A DNA stretch of 64,000 nt from Gemmatimonadales bacterium (GCA_035500495.1 DATJXC010000064.1:5446-69445), one strand, 5' to 3'. Positions 60,101 to 64,000 are shown, counted from the first letter of the stretch. Made by a program: numbers and translations. Notes: generated from the sequence alone by a model not told the origin.

Positions 60101-60600
60101 CGCGCGCCCGCGAGCAGCGGCGTGACGGCGCAGGACTGAACGGTGAGCCGTACGCCGATGGGAAGTGATCCGCCCGACGCCCCGGTGGATGAGACCAGCA
60201 GCGTATCGCGGTAGGTGCCGGCCGCGAGTCCCGCGGGATTCAGGAAGACCCGGACCTTCGACGCGCCGGCGGGTGTGGCGGTGCCGCTCGTCGCGCTGAA
60301 CGAAAGCCAGGGACTCGCGCCTTTGGTCGTCAGCCGCCAGTCGAGCGATCCGGCACCGAGATTGCCGATGATGAGCGTGTCGGTCCGCTTGGCCGTGGCG
60401 CCCGCGAAGGCGGAATCCGCGAGGCTGTCGGGAGCGAGTTTCAAGAGCCCACCTTCAGGCGGGTTCACCAGCTTGTCGAGCTGACAGGTCGCGAGGACGG
60501 CGGTGGCGGCCATGACGAAGACCGCCGCCAAGCGGTTGGTGGCTGCGCGTGGCCGCGCTGGGCGAATGTCCAGAGGTTCTAAACGCACGAGAGGACGCAA
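45157..60600 (-). CDS. Giant (5,147 aa) putative cell-surface lipoprotein built from tandem bacterial Ig-like domains
   Basis: Single uninterrupted 15.4-kb ORF. N-terminus ...RLAAVFVMAATAVLATC (lipobox-like). It is followed by BACON-like, PPC-like and three FN3-like modules, alternating Ig-like modules, then about 29 near-identical units and a terminal Big_1-like domain. Start TTG 60600 or GTG 60588 (uncertain). Confidence 0.85.
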   Translation of the reverse strand: MRPLVRLEPLDIRPARPRAATNRLAAVFVMAATAVLATCQLDKLVNPPEGGLLKLAPDSLADSAFAGATAKRTDTLIIGNLGAGSLDWRLTTKGASPWLSFSATSGTATPAGASKVRVFLNPAGLAAGTYRDTLLVSSTGASGGSLPIGVRLTVQSCAVTPLLAGARVADTLTSADCGAPHRAGSFAKLFSFGGTAGDTITIQLDSAAFNGHLVLDTNTAPAVPPMGESGGCSGIAGEVCLPYVVLPRTGTYTIEATTAAAGDTGAFVLHVAHPRIPNPPDSPAQFQDDSTTVIPLGGAVAKSQMVIEARVTDPDLGDSLYLEAEVIPNSQGFAGAVTATGTVVGNGKRAQVLVTGLSDDTPYHWRVRAVDQTGRRGNWTPFGTIPGAPDFIVSIPQPPFVPASLGMFKCDSVTSITTGVTVDTACVVLKGTLTDPDPGDQLKLLIEVRPVGQTFNQNPTDSSTAVSTTGIAAVRVTSLINNTSYHWQARTEDQTGRLSAWVSFGANAESATDFRVVLQSPPDPPATLGQFQADGVTPIPVGGIAKQSSVVFKGTLADPDSGALVRLEIELEPAGNAFADTATGSSSAVANNSVASLSILVSDNVAYHWQARAVDNTNRRSAWTHFGSNPDTAFVVARTPSQLVFTTQPPGSTTAGSAIAPAIKVAAQDALGNTLASFGDSITIVIGTNPGGGTLSGTRTVRAVSGVATFSNLSIDKAGTGYTLRASSSTLTVTSSPFNVQPGSISRSLSTVAPSPDTIVAGSGTAVITVTARDSLGNPVSGATVNLVATPGNGNTLNQPSAATGVNGMTTGSLASTLAGAKTVFATIGTDTITQTATVIVKPATAATLIFSVPPADAVAGATIPAVQVTAQDAFGNVATAFTGSIGIAIATNPSGGTLTGTLSKAAVAGVATFSNLTIDKAGTGYTLKATATGPSPATSSTFNVTAGGAARVRFIVQPSSTTAGTSIAPAVQVAAQDLQGNTVPSFTGPITIARGNNPGGSTLRGTLTVTATAGVATFGDLNLDKSGAGYTLTASSSGLAGDTSTAFNIRPRPANHLEFAVQPGGGNANATLAPPVQVAARDTFGNTDTGFVAAVTVALANAGSATLAGNKTMSAVAGVATFSNLSVDKAGTGYNLLATATGLRDTLSTPFSITAGGVSGTQSTLAVALGSIVAGSGTDTVTVTARDSSGNPVSGDTVKILVSPATGDTVTQPAVVTDVNGNAKGSFGSTVAETKTVSAKIGGVNVTQTQTVIVTPAPVSASQSTVTAASPITAGGAASTVTVTAKDAFGNLISGDTVAITVTPPGGTNVTPPSSLTNASGVATGSFTSTVAETKTVSVTINHVVVTQTASVVVNPGAADHLKFIVPPVTTAAGATIPTVQVEVQDLDSNRVTGATNAVTLGFAANPGGGTLGGTNPVNAVAGVAQFSNLSINKAGAGYILTAQATGLVGATSAPFNILTGGAQRLAIATQPSASAQSNKPFSQQPEIQVEDSVGNPVGQAGIVVTAAIATGGGALWGTTTATSNASGIAQFTNLAIAGTVGARTLTFTATGLNAVTSGTISITAGDPTQVAINGGNHQTATANTAVAVPPSVIVSDSSGNPVAGVPVTFAAVGTSNGSITGASQTTNPSGIALLTSWTLSTVAKPDTVTATSTGLTGSPLTFVDTAKVGAAANLAKFSGDNLTGQVSTTLATPHDVLITDANGNPVPGVTVTWTAGGGLGTVSPPSSVTDATGHAQTTRMLGGTAGTQTTIAKATLTGGPDSVTFSITAQAGGATQMTINAGDRQTDTVGKTLPTPLSVLVRDASNNPVSGVTVSWSVIDGGGSVSAPTSVTNGSGIASISWTLGTAMSPTDSVQLVQATAVASPLTFTAFTVPDAVSASQTSVVASPASIAASSGSIVSTITVTARDQFGNVIKNKAVVLAANPTNGNTLTPPSGNTDVSGAASGTLSSTRAESKMVSATVGGVAITQQATVTVTPANAASVKFFTQPISTTATATLTAVEVEILDQFSNRVTTATNQVTMAFGSNPGGATLAGTKQIMAASGVATFSDLSVNKVGTGYTLDATATGLTNDVSTAFDITTGTASVISLAGGNAQTDTIGATLATAYTVLVTDAGGNPVSGTTVTWAATGGGGSITPSSNTNASGIATATRVLGNTLGANAQTATATVSGLTGSPVTFTATATIGNAKTIALSAGNAQTDTIGATLATAYTVLVTDRLGNPVPSVTVTWAVTGGGGSITPSSSTNASGIASATRVLGTTLGASAQTATATVTGLTGSPITFTATATAGAANAIALSGGNSQTDTVGATLATPYTVLVTDRNGNPVAGTVVTWAVTGGGGSITPSSTTNASGIASATRVLGAALGSQTASATGTGLTGSPVGFTATATFGHAATIALNAGNAQTDTIGATLATAYTVLVTDRLGNPVSNVTVTWAVTGGGGSITPSSTTNASGIATATRVLGTTLGANAQTATAAVTGLTGSPVAFTATATAGDAKTIALSSGNAQTDTIGATLATPYAVLVTDRNGNPVAGTVVTWAVTGGGGSITPSSTTNASGIASATRVLGTTLGANLQTATAAVTGLTGSPIVFSATATVGHAATIALSAGNAQTDTIGATLATAYTVLVTDRNANPVSGTVVTWAVTGGGGSITPSSTTNASGIASATRVLGTTLGSQTASATVAGLTGSPVGFTATATAGHAATIALNAGNAQTDTIGATLTSPYTVLVTDRNGDPVAGTIVTWAVTGGGGSITPSSTTNASGIATATRVLGTTLGANAQTASATVTGLTGSPVGFTATATAGTAKTIALSGGNTQTDTIGATLATLYTVVVTDRNGNSVSGTVVTWAVTGGGGSITPSSTTNASGIASATRVLGTTPGSATASAAVTGLTGSPVAFTATVNAGHAATIALDAGNAQTDTIGATLATPYTVLVTDRSGNPVSGTTVTWAVTGGGGSITPSSVTNASGVATATRVLGTAPGSATATASVTGLTGSPVTFTATATTGHAATIALNAGNAQTDTIGATLATAYAVLVTDRSGNPVSGTTVTWAVTGGGGSITPSSVTSVSGIATASRVLGTTAGSATASATVAGLSGSPVAFTATVTAGHATTIALNAGNAQTDTIGATLATAYAVLVTDRGGNPVSGTTVTWAVTTGGGSITPSSTTNASGIASATRMLGTTPGSASASATVAGLTGSPVAFTATVTTGHAAIMALNSGDAQTDTIGASLGTAYAVLVTDRSGNPVLGTTVTWAVTGGGGSITPSSTTNASGIASATRVLGTTPGSATASATVTGLTGSPVAFGATVNAGHAATIALNGGNAQTDTIGATLATAYTVLVTDRAANPVAGTTVTWAVTGGGGSITPSSTTNASGIASVTRVLGPTLGANAQTATATVTGLTGSPVAFTATATAGNAKTIALSAGNTQTDTIGATLATAYTVLVTDRLGNPVSGTTVTWAATGGGGSITPSSVTNASGIATATRVLGSTLGANAQTATATVTGLTGSPVVFTATATAGNAKTIALNGGNTQTDTIGATLPTAYTVLVTDRLGNPVSGTTVTWAVTGGGGSITPSSTTNASGIASATRVLGTTLGANAQTATATVTGLTGSPVAFTATATVGAAKTIALSGGNTQTDTIGATLVTAYTVLVTDRLANPVQNVTVTWAVTGGGGSITPSSTTNASGIASATRVLGTTLGANAQIATATVTGLTGSPVTFTATATVGNAKTIALSAGNAQTDTIGATLTTAYAVLVTDRNGNPVSGTTVTWAVTGGGGSITPSSATNASGIASATRVLGTTLGTNAQTASATVTGLTGSPVAFAATATVGNAKTIALNAGNAQTDTAGATLAISYTVLVTDRLANPVANVTVTWAVTGGGGSITPSSTTSASGIASATRVLGTTLGANAQTATATVTGLTGSPVTFTATATAGNAKTIVLSAGNAQTDTIGATLGTAYSVLVTDGGGNPVAGITVTWAATGGGGSITPSSITNASGIASATRVLGNTLGANAQTATATVTGLTGSPVTFTATATVGNAKTIALSAGNAQTDTIGATLATAYSVLVTDRLANPVQNVTVTWAATGGGGSITPSSTTNASGLASATRVLGSTLGASAQTATATVTGLTGSPVSFTATATVGNAKTIALSGGNAQTDTVGATLATPYTVLVTDRLANPVANVTVTWAVTGGGGSITPSSTTNASGIASATRVLGTTTGANAQTATAAVTGLTGSPVTFTATATAGSAKTIGLAGGNAQTDTIGATLATAYTVLVTDAVSNPVAGVTVTWTASGGGSITPSSVTNASGIASATRVLGTTAGPQGASATVTGLTGSPVAFTATATAGHAATIALNGGNAQSDTISATLATAYTVLVTDRGSNPVSGTTVTWATTGGGGSITPSSTTNASGIASATRVLGTTLGANAQTASATVTGLTGSPIAFTATAKAGNAKTIALNAGNAQTDTVGATLATPYTVLVTDRLANPVANVTVTWAATGGGGSITPSSTTNASGIASATRVLGTTLGANAQTATATVTGLTGSPVAFTATATAGNAKTIALSAGNAQTDTIGATLGTAYSVLVTDAGGNPVSGTTVTWAVTGGGGSITPSSITNASGIASATRVLGNTLGANAQTATATVTGLTGSPVAFTATATVGNAKTIALSAGNAQTDTIGATLATAYSVLVTDRLANPVQNVTVTWAATGGGGSITPSSTTNASGIASATRVLGTTTGANAQTATATVTGLTGSPVTFTATAIAGNAKTIALSAGNAQTDTIGATLATPYTVLVTDRNGDPVSGTVVTWAVTGGGGSITPSSTTNASGIASATRVLGSTLGANAQTATATVTGLTGSPVTFTATATVGNAKTMALSAGNAQTDTIGATLATAYTVLVTDRNGNPVSGTVVTWAVTGGAGSITPSSTTNASGIASATRVLGTTLGANAQTATATVTGLTGSPVAFTATATAGHAKTIALSGGNAQTDTIGATLATAYTVLVTDRNGNPVSGTTVTWAVTGGGGSITPSSTTNASGIASATRALGTTAGSATATATVAGLTGSPVGFSATVNPGNVSASQSTVVATSPITAASDSSTVTVTALDRAGNPISGASVTISSDGTDTYQQPGSTDSNGVATGYVKAAGAETSVVSATVNGVAISQTATVMFQ
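45445..54350 (-). repeat. In-frame tandem array of about 29 near-identical ~303-309-bp units (101-103 aa Ig-like domains)
   Basis: Unit consensus: GNAKTIALSAGNAQTDTIGATLATAYTVLVTDRLGNPVSGTTVTWAVTGGGGSITPSSTTNASGIASATRVLGTTLGANAQTATATVTGLTGSPVAFTATATA. I counted 29 SITPSS motifs. The antisense ORFs in the track recur every 309 nt (46607, 46916, 47225, 47534, 48143, 48452, 48761...). Boundaries are +/- 30 nt. Confidence 0.9.
58700..59760 (-). repeat. Three divergent ~120-aa FN3-like modules, each ending in Y-H-W-(R/Q)-x-R-x-x-D-x-T-x-R-x-(G/S)-x-W-x-x-F-G
   Basis: The three motifs are PYHWRVRAVDQTGRRGNWTPFG (~59.5 kb), SYHWQARTEDQTGRLSAWVSFG (~59.14 kb) and AYHWQARAVDNTNRRSAWTHFG (~58.78 kb). 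Spacing is ~365 nt. Boundaries are approximate. Confidence 0.6.
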
Positions 60601-60644
60601 TTTATCCCGCGAAGCATCACTTGGTGCAGGACGTGTGCCACACC

Positions 60645-60674
60645 TTGACCGTGACTTATGGACGCAGCTAGGCT
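60645..60674 (+). promoter_or_regulatory. Candidate sigma70-type promoter for tRNA(CAT): TTGACC - 18 nt - TAGGCT
   Basis: TTGACC at 60645..60650 and TAGGCT at 60669..60674. The mature tRNA 5' end lies 10 nt downstream of the -10 hexamer. Confidence 0.35.
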
Positions 60675-60683
60675 TTCCGCTAC

Positions 60684-60757
60684 GGCGGCGTAGCTCAGCT
60701 GGTTAGAGCAGCGGAATCATAATCCGCGGGTCGGGGGTTCGAGTCCCTCCGCCGCTA
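60684..60757 (+). tRNA. tRNA with anticodon CAT: elongator tRNA-Met or tRNA-Ile2 (lysidine-modified); not initiator-like
   Basis: Reads GGCGGCG-TA-GCTC-AGCTGGTTA-GAGC-A-GCGGA-ATCATAA-TCCGC-GGGTC-GGGGG-TTCGAGT-CCCTC-CGCCGCT-A. The cloverleaf is complete. Position 1:72 is a G-U wobble. The anticodon stem lacks the three consecutive G-C pairs of initiator tRNA. Confidence 0.88.
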
Positions 60758-60781
60758 TTGGCGGGCACGGAAGTGTTTGAG

Positions 60782-60806
60782 CGAGGCCGGGTTACGCCCG
60801 GCCTCG
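60782..60806. terminator. GC-rich hairpin (10-bp stem CGAGGCCGGG/CCCGGCCTCG, 5-nt loop) between tRNA(CAT) and the convergent flavin reductase gene; a second 6-bp hairpin follows at 60806..60821
   Basis: Read directly. The second hairpin is GTTGCG-TCAA-CGCAAC. There is no clear U-tract on either strand, so intrinsic-terminator function is inferred only from position. Confidence 0.45.
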
Positions 60807-60825
60807 TTGCGTCAACGCAACGCTT

Positions 60826-61425
60826 CTATCGAGGCATGTCGCGCCAGGTAAGCGCCCGGATATCCCGGGAGTGGGCCCGCGCGACCGCCTGGGCCGCGCC
60901 GAGGTGGTGCTCGTAGGCCTCTCGCCAGCTGGCCGGGAGGTTGGCGCGGAAATACGCGGCGGTCATGACCTGGCCCCTGGGCTTCGCCGCCGCTCCGTAG
61001 CCGACGGCGACGACGTCGCCTAAAAAACAGGTCGAAGAGCCGGTGTCCATCGCATTGATGACGCGGCATTCAAAATGAGCGTGGCACTCGTCGAGCACCG
61101 GAGCGCCCAACGTCCCCAGGCGGTGGGGGATCCCAGCGAGCTTGTCGCGATCGCGCCCACTGGCGAACCCCAGGGCATGAATCAGATCGAACTGGTCCTG
61201 GCGCAGCAGGTGCAGCACGAACCGGCCGCTGTCGAAAATCAGGTCGTGACTGAAATTGAACTTGTGGATGAAGACCGCGAGGCGCGGGATGTCGGGGACG
61301 ATGGAGGCACGCACGGCGCTGTCGATGATCATGCCGTTCCGCTTCCCCCCGCGCTCCGATGTAATGGCGACCACCGGCGAGGTGAGGTTGCGGAGCAGCT
61401 GGTAGGTCGCCTGCGGATCGAACAT
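60826..61425 (-). CDS. Flavin reductase-like FMN-binding domain protein
   Basis: 199 aa. The run LTSPVVAITSERGGKRNGMIIDSAV...RFVLHLL matches the flavin reductase (split-barrel) family pattern by recall. TATCTT lies 7 nt upstream of the ATG. Confidence 0.7.
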   Translation of the reverse strand: MFDPQATYQLLRNLTSPVVAITSERGGKRNGMIIDSAVRASIVPDIPRLAVFIHKFNFSHDLIFDSGRFVLHLLRQDQFDLIHALGFASGRDRDKLAGIPHRLGTLGAPVLDECHAHFECRVINAMDTGSSTCFLGDVVAVGYGAAAKPRGQVMTAAYFRANLPASWREAYEHHLGAAQAVARAHSRDIRALTWRDMPR

Positions 61426-61432
61426 GGAACGG

Positions 61433-61438
61433 AAGATA
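61433..61438 (-). promoter_or_regulatory. -10-like TATCTT 7 nt upstream of the flavin reductase ATG (possible leaderless start)
   Basis: The minus strand reads catg-TATCTT-ccgttcc-ATG. The hexamer sits in the 14-bp gap between the divergent flavin reductase and tilS start codons. Confidence 0.3.
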
Positions 61439-61439
61439 C

Positions 61440-62831
61440 ATGAGCACCCTGCTCGCGCGATTCCAGAGGCATCTCGACCGCGGCCGGCTCCTCACGGAGC
61501 CGGGGACCGCGCTGGCGGCGGTATCGGGGGGCGCGGATTCGGTGGCGTTGCTCGATCTGCTCTCCGAGGTGGCCGCGGCGCGCGGCGTGTCGCTCGTGGT
61601 GGGCCACCTGGACCACGGCATCTCCGGCGACAGCGCCGCCGTCGCGGAAGCAGTGCGTGACTTGGCGGCGCAGTATCATCTGCCGTTCGAGCTCGGACAA
61701 TTGGCTCCACCCCTCGGTCCCGGCGCTTCGGAAACCGCGGCGCGACGCGCGCGCTACGCCTGGCTGCGCGACACGCAGCGGAACGTCGGCGCCCGCTACC
61801 TCGTCACCGCGCACCACCGGGACGACCAGGTGGAGACCGTGCTGTTGCGCTTCCTGCACGGGAGCGGACCCGCCGGGCTCGCCGGCGTGCCGGCCAAGGC
61901 GCGGGGCGGACTGGTGCGTCCGCTGCTGCCCTTCACCCGTGCGGAGCTCGAGGCCCACTGCGCGGCACGCGGGCTGGCGTGGCACCGCGACCCGGCCAAC
62001 CGGGACCCGCGGCACCTCCGCTCGTGGATCCGCACGACCCTGCTTCCGCTCATCGAGCAGCGGATCGGCGGAGACGCCCGACAGCGGATTCTCGACGTGG
62101 GTCGGCAGGCCGCCCGGGATCGCCAGGCGTGGAACTCGGTCCTCGATCTGCTTCCCGGCCTTGAACTTCGGATCGAAGCCTCCGGTTACGACGTTGTCCG
62201 CGCTTCCTTGGCGGGGTATGATGAAGTGTTGGCCGAAACGGTGTTGCGCGCGGCGGGGCGACGTGTCGGCTGCCGGCTGGGGGAACGCCAGGCTCGCCGC
62301 CTGCTCGAGCTGGCCGGTCGCCCCTCCGGTCGACGGATCTCACTCGGCGCGGGCTGGTCGGGAGAGGTCGCCTTCGACCGGCTCCGGGTACGACGGGAAG
62401 GGCCAGCACCGGTGACGGCTCTCGCTCCCGCCGGCGAGCGCGGTCGAGCCACGTTCGGTGGCTGGCGGGTTGGTTGGGAGCCGGAGCCGGCGCCGCCGCA
62501 CATGGAGCGCGGCGGCTGGCGCACCTGGATTCCCGGTGCAGGGTGGAGCGTGCGGGCGCCGCGCGCCGGAGATGTTGTCCTGCCGCTCGGCGGCGTGGGA
62601 CACCGGCCGCTGCGCCGCCTGCTCATGGAAGCGCGCGTGCCGCGCAGCGACCGGGCGTCGTATCCGGTGGTCGTGCGCGGTGAAACCATTCTCTGGGTGC
62701 CGGGCATCTGTCGCAGTGCGGAGCAGCTCCCGGACCCAGGAACCCCGGCGGTGCGGCTTGACGTTACCGAACGTAGCGACACTAAAGCAGACGGGCGGGA
62801 CCAAGCTCGCCAGGATCGTCTACGACGCTGA
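61440..62831 (+). CDS. tilS: tRNA(Ile)-lysidine synthase
   Basis: PP-loop motif AVSGGADSVALL, then HLDHGI and VTAHHRDDQVETVLLR. Located in the conserved tilS-hpt-ftsH arrangement. Confidence 0.9.
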   Translation: MSTLLARFQRHLDRGRLLTEPGTALAAVSGGADSVALLDLLSEVAAARGVSLVVGHLDHGISGDSAAVAEAVRDLAAQYHLPFELGQLAPPLGPGASETAARRARYAWLRDTQRNVGARYLVTAHHRDDQVETVLLRFLHGSGPAGLAGVPAKARGGLVRPLLPFTRAELEAHCAARGLAWHRDPANRDPRHLRSWIRTTLLPLIEQRIGGDARQRILDVGRQAARDRQAWNSVLDLLPGLELRIEASGYDVVRASLAGYDEVLAETVLRAAGRRVGCRLGERQARRLLELAGRPSGRRISLGAGWSGEVAFDRLRVRREGPAPVTALAPAGERGRATFGGWRVGWEPEPAPPHMERGGWRTWIPGAGWSVRAPRAGDVVLPLGGVGHRPLRRLLMEARVPRSDRASYPVVVRGETILWVPGICRSAEQLPDPGTPAVRLDVTERSDTKADGRDQARQDRLRR

Positions 62832-63315
62832 GACGATCGCCCGGCGGGTGGCCGAGCTGGGGGCCGAGATCACCGCGGCCTATCGGGATGGCGACCTGCT
62901 GGTGCTGGGATTGCTCAAGGGCAGCTTCATCTTCTTGAGCGACCTGGTGCGCCGGATCGACCGGCCGCTGCAGGTCGATTTCCTGGTGGCCGCGAGCTAC
63001 GGCAGCGACACGGTATCGAGCGGCCAGGTACGCTTGCTGTACGACCCGGAAACCGACCTGACTGGACGCCATATCCTGCTGGTCGAGGACATCATCGAAA
63101 CCGGCCAGACGCTGAACCGGTTGGTGACGCTGCTGCGGCTGCGCCGGCCGAAGAGCCTCAGCATCTGTGCGCTGCTGCACAAGCACGTGGCGCCGCACCT
63201 GGAGTCGGAGGCGAGATTCGTGGGTTTTGACGCTCCGCCGGCCTTTCTCGTGGGGTACGGCCTGGACCATGCGGAGAACTTCCGGCACCTTCCTTATATT
63301 GCAAGTCTGACTTGA
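62758..63315 (+). CDS. hpt: Hypoxanthine phosphoribosyltransferase
   Basis: Motifs LLKGSFIFLSDL, VDFLVAASYG, the PRPP motif ILLVEDIIETGQTL, and VGYGLD. The only plausible start upstream of the conserved N-terminus is TTG 62758, which overlaps tilS by 74 nt. The start is uncertain. Confidence 0.82.
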   Translation: MTLPNVATLKQTGGTKLARIVYDAETIARRVAELGAEITAAYRDGDLLVLGLLKGSFIFLSDLVRRIDRPLQVDFLVAASYGSDTVSSGQVRLLYDPETDLTGRHILLVEDIIETGQTLNRLVTLLRLRRPKSLSICALLHKHVAPHLESEARFVGFDAPPAFLVGYGLDHAENFRHLPYIASLT

Positions 63316-63335
63316 GCCTGGTGAGCGTGACCTAG

Positions 63336-64000
63336 ATGGCGAATCGTGTTCCCCCGCCGCCGCGGGATTTCCAATGGGGCCGGATGCTGCGGACGCTCTC
63401 GTTCTGGGCGTTCCTCATCCTGGGCACCGTGCTGCTCGTCCAGTTCGCGGCCAAGACCCGCCAGGACGCGGCGGACATTCCGTACTCCGAGTTCACCGAG
63501 CAGGTCGATTCCGGCAACGTGGCCGCGGTGGAAATCACCGAGCGCGTCCGCATCAAGGGCGACTTCCGCCGCTCGGTCGGCGAAGGCCGGCGCAGTGTAA
63601 ACCACTTCACCACGCTGCTGCCCTTCGAAGCGACCGACGCCTGGGTGACGGGAATCCGCGCCAAGGGTGTGGAAGTCAGCGCCAAGGACATTCGCCCATC
63701 GTTCGGCGTGCTGTTCTTGAACTTCCTGCCGTACCTGCTGATGCTCGGGCTCATCATTTTCATGCTGCGGCAGATGCAGCAGGGTGGGAACCGGGCGTTC
63801 GCGTTCGGGAAATCGAAAGCGAAGCTCCTGGCGGGCGACACCCCGAAGATCACCTTCGCGGACGTGGCCGGCTGCGACGAGGCCAAGCAGGAGCTCGAGG
63901 AGATCATCGACTTCCTCAAGGATCCGCAGAAATTCTCCCGCTTGGGCGGCCGGCTCCCCAAGGGCGCCCTCCTCGTCGGCCCGCCGGGAACCGGGAAGAC
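63336..64000 (+). CDS. ftsH: ATP-dependent zinc metalloprotease FtsH (5' partial; continues beyond the window)
   Basis: Own translation from ATG 63336; this ORF is not in the track because it has no stop inside the window. It reads MANRVPPPPRDFQWGRMLRTLSFWAFLILG...(TM1)...FLNFLPYLLMLGLIIFMLRQMQQGGNRAFAFGKSKAKLL...ITFADVAGCDEAKQELEEIIDFLKDPQKFSRLGGRLPKGALLVGPPGTGK (Walker A at the window edge). Confidence 0.93.
   Translation, partial: MANRVPPPPRDFQWGRMLRTLSFWAFLILGTVLLVQFAAKTRQDAADIPYSEFTEQVDSGNVAAVEITERVRIKGDFRRSVGEGRRSVNHFTTLLPFEATDAWVTGIRAKGVEVSAKDIRPSFGVLFLNFLPYLLMLGLIIFMLRQMQQGGNRAFAFGKSKAKLLAGDTPKITFADVAGCDEAKQELEEIIDFLKDPQKFSRLGGRLPKGALLVGPPGTGK

Noticed and set aside
45157-60600. Possibility that unit variability is generated by a diversity-generating retroelement or an invertase/phase-variation system.
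   Set aside because: No reverse transcriptase, template repeat, recombinase or inverted-repeat switch is visible anywhere in the window. The variation pattern is better explained by duplication and gene conversion.

Overview
Very GC-rich bacterial chromosomal window, densely coding. Gene content and architecture suggest a Gemmatimonadota-like organism; this is an inference, not a search result. I call 42 CDS and 2 tRNAs. I found no rRNA, CRISPR array, IS element, prophage, integrase or reverse transcriptase. Most of the window is housekeeping. The minus strand carries a long, tightly coupled operon: valS, lipoprotein, selA, gmhB, purN, two M42 peptidase genes, purH, a DUF2723 gene, tRNA-Ser, a DUF4386 gene, an MBL hydrolase gene and a BNR propeller gene. 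The plus strand carries three runs: thrS; thiolase, CPBP, hbd, acd, Leu dehydrogenase, rpiB, glyA; and hsp20, lon, two small genes, MEMO-like, nnr, propeller, thiL, plsC, eno, ftsB. The right end carries tRNA(CAT), tilS, hpt and ftsH. Adjacent genes very often overlap by 4 nt (ATGA or GTGA). The outstanding feature is a 15.4-kb gene (45157..60600, minus strand) encoding a 5,147-aa putative lipoprotein. About 29 near-identical ~101-103-aa Ig-like units (~309-bp period, ~9 kb) make up most of it. They are preceded by a heterogeneous N-terminal region of BACON-like, PPC-like, three FN3-like and alternating Ig-like modules. Three GTGA-coupled genes follow it on the same strand: a zinc-ribbon/kinase-fold/PEGA protein whose catalytic HRD motif reads HGS, a TPR-like protein with C-terminal TM helices, and a small outer-membrane beta-barrel. 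I propose these four genes as one uncharacterised cell-surface module. Secondary observations are as follows:
- An active/degenerate M42 peptidase pair sits inside the pur genes.
- selA is present without other Sec genes nearby.
- Two or three promoters have leaderless-type geometry.
- A 52-aa TM micro-ORF is coupled to thrS.
- A secreted protein has an aromatic/Gly, (GGV)13 and Q/N/G-rich tail, next to an octaheme cytochrome-TPR lipoprotein.
- A 7-nt x4 repeat lies inside valS.
- A tRNA(CAT) of ambiguous identity lies beside tilS.
All family assignments come from motifs read by eye. No database searches were run.
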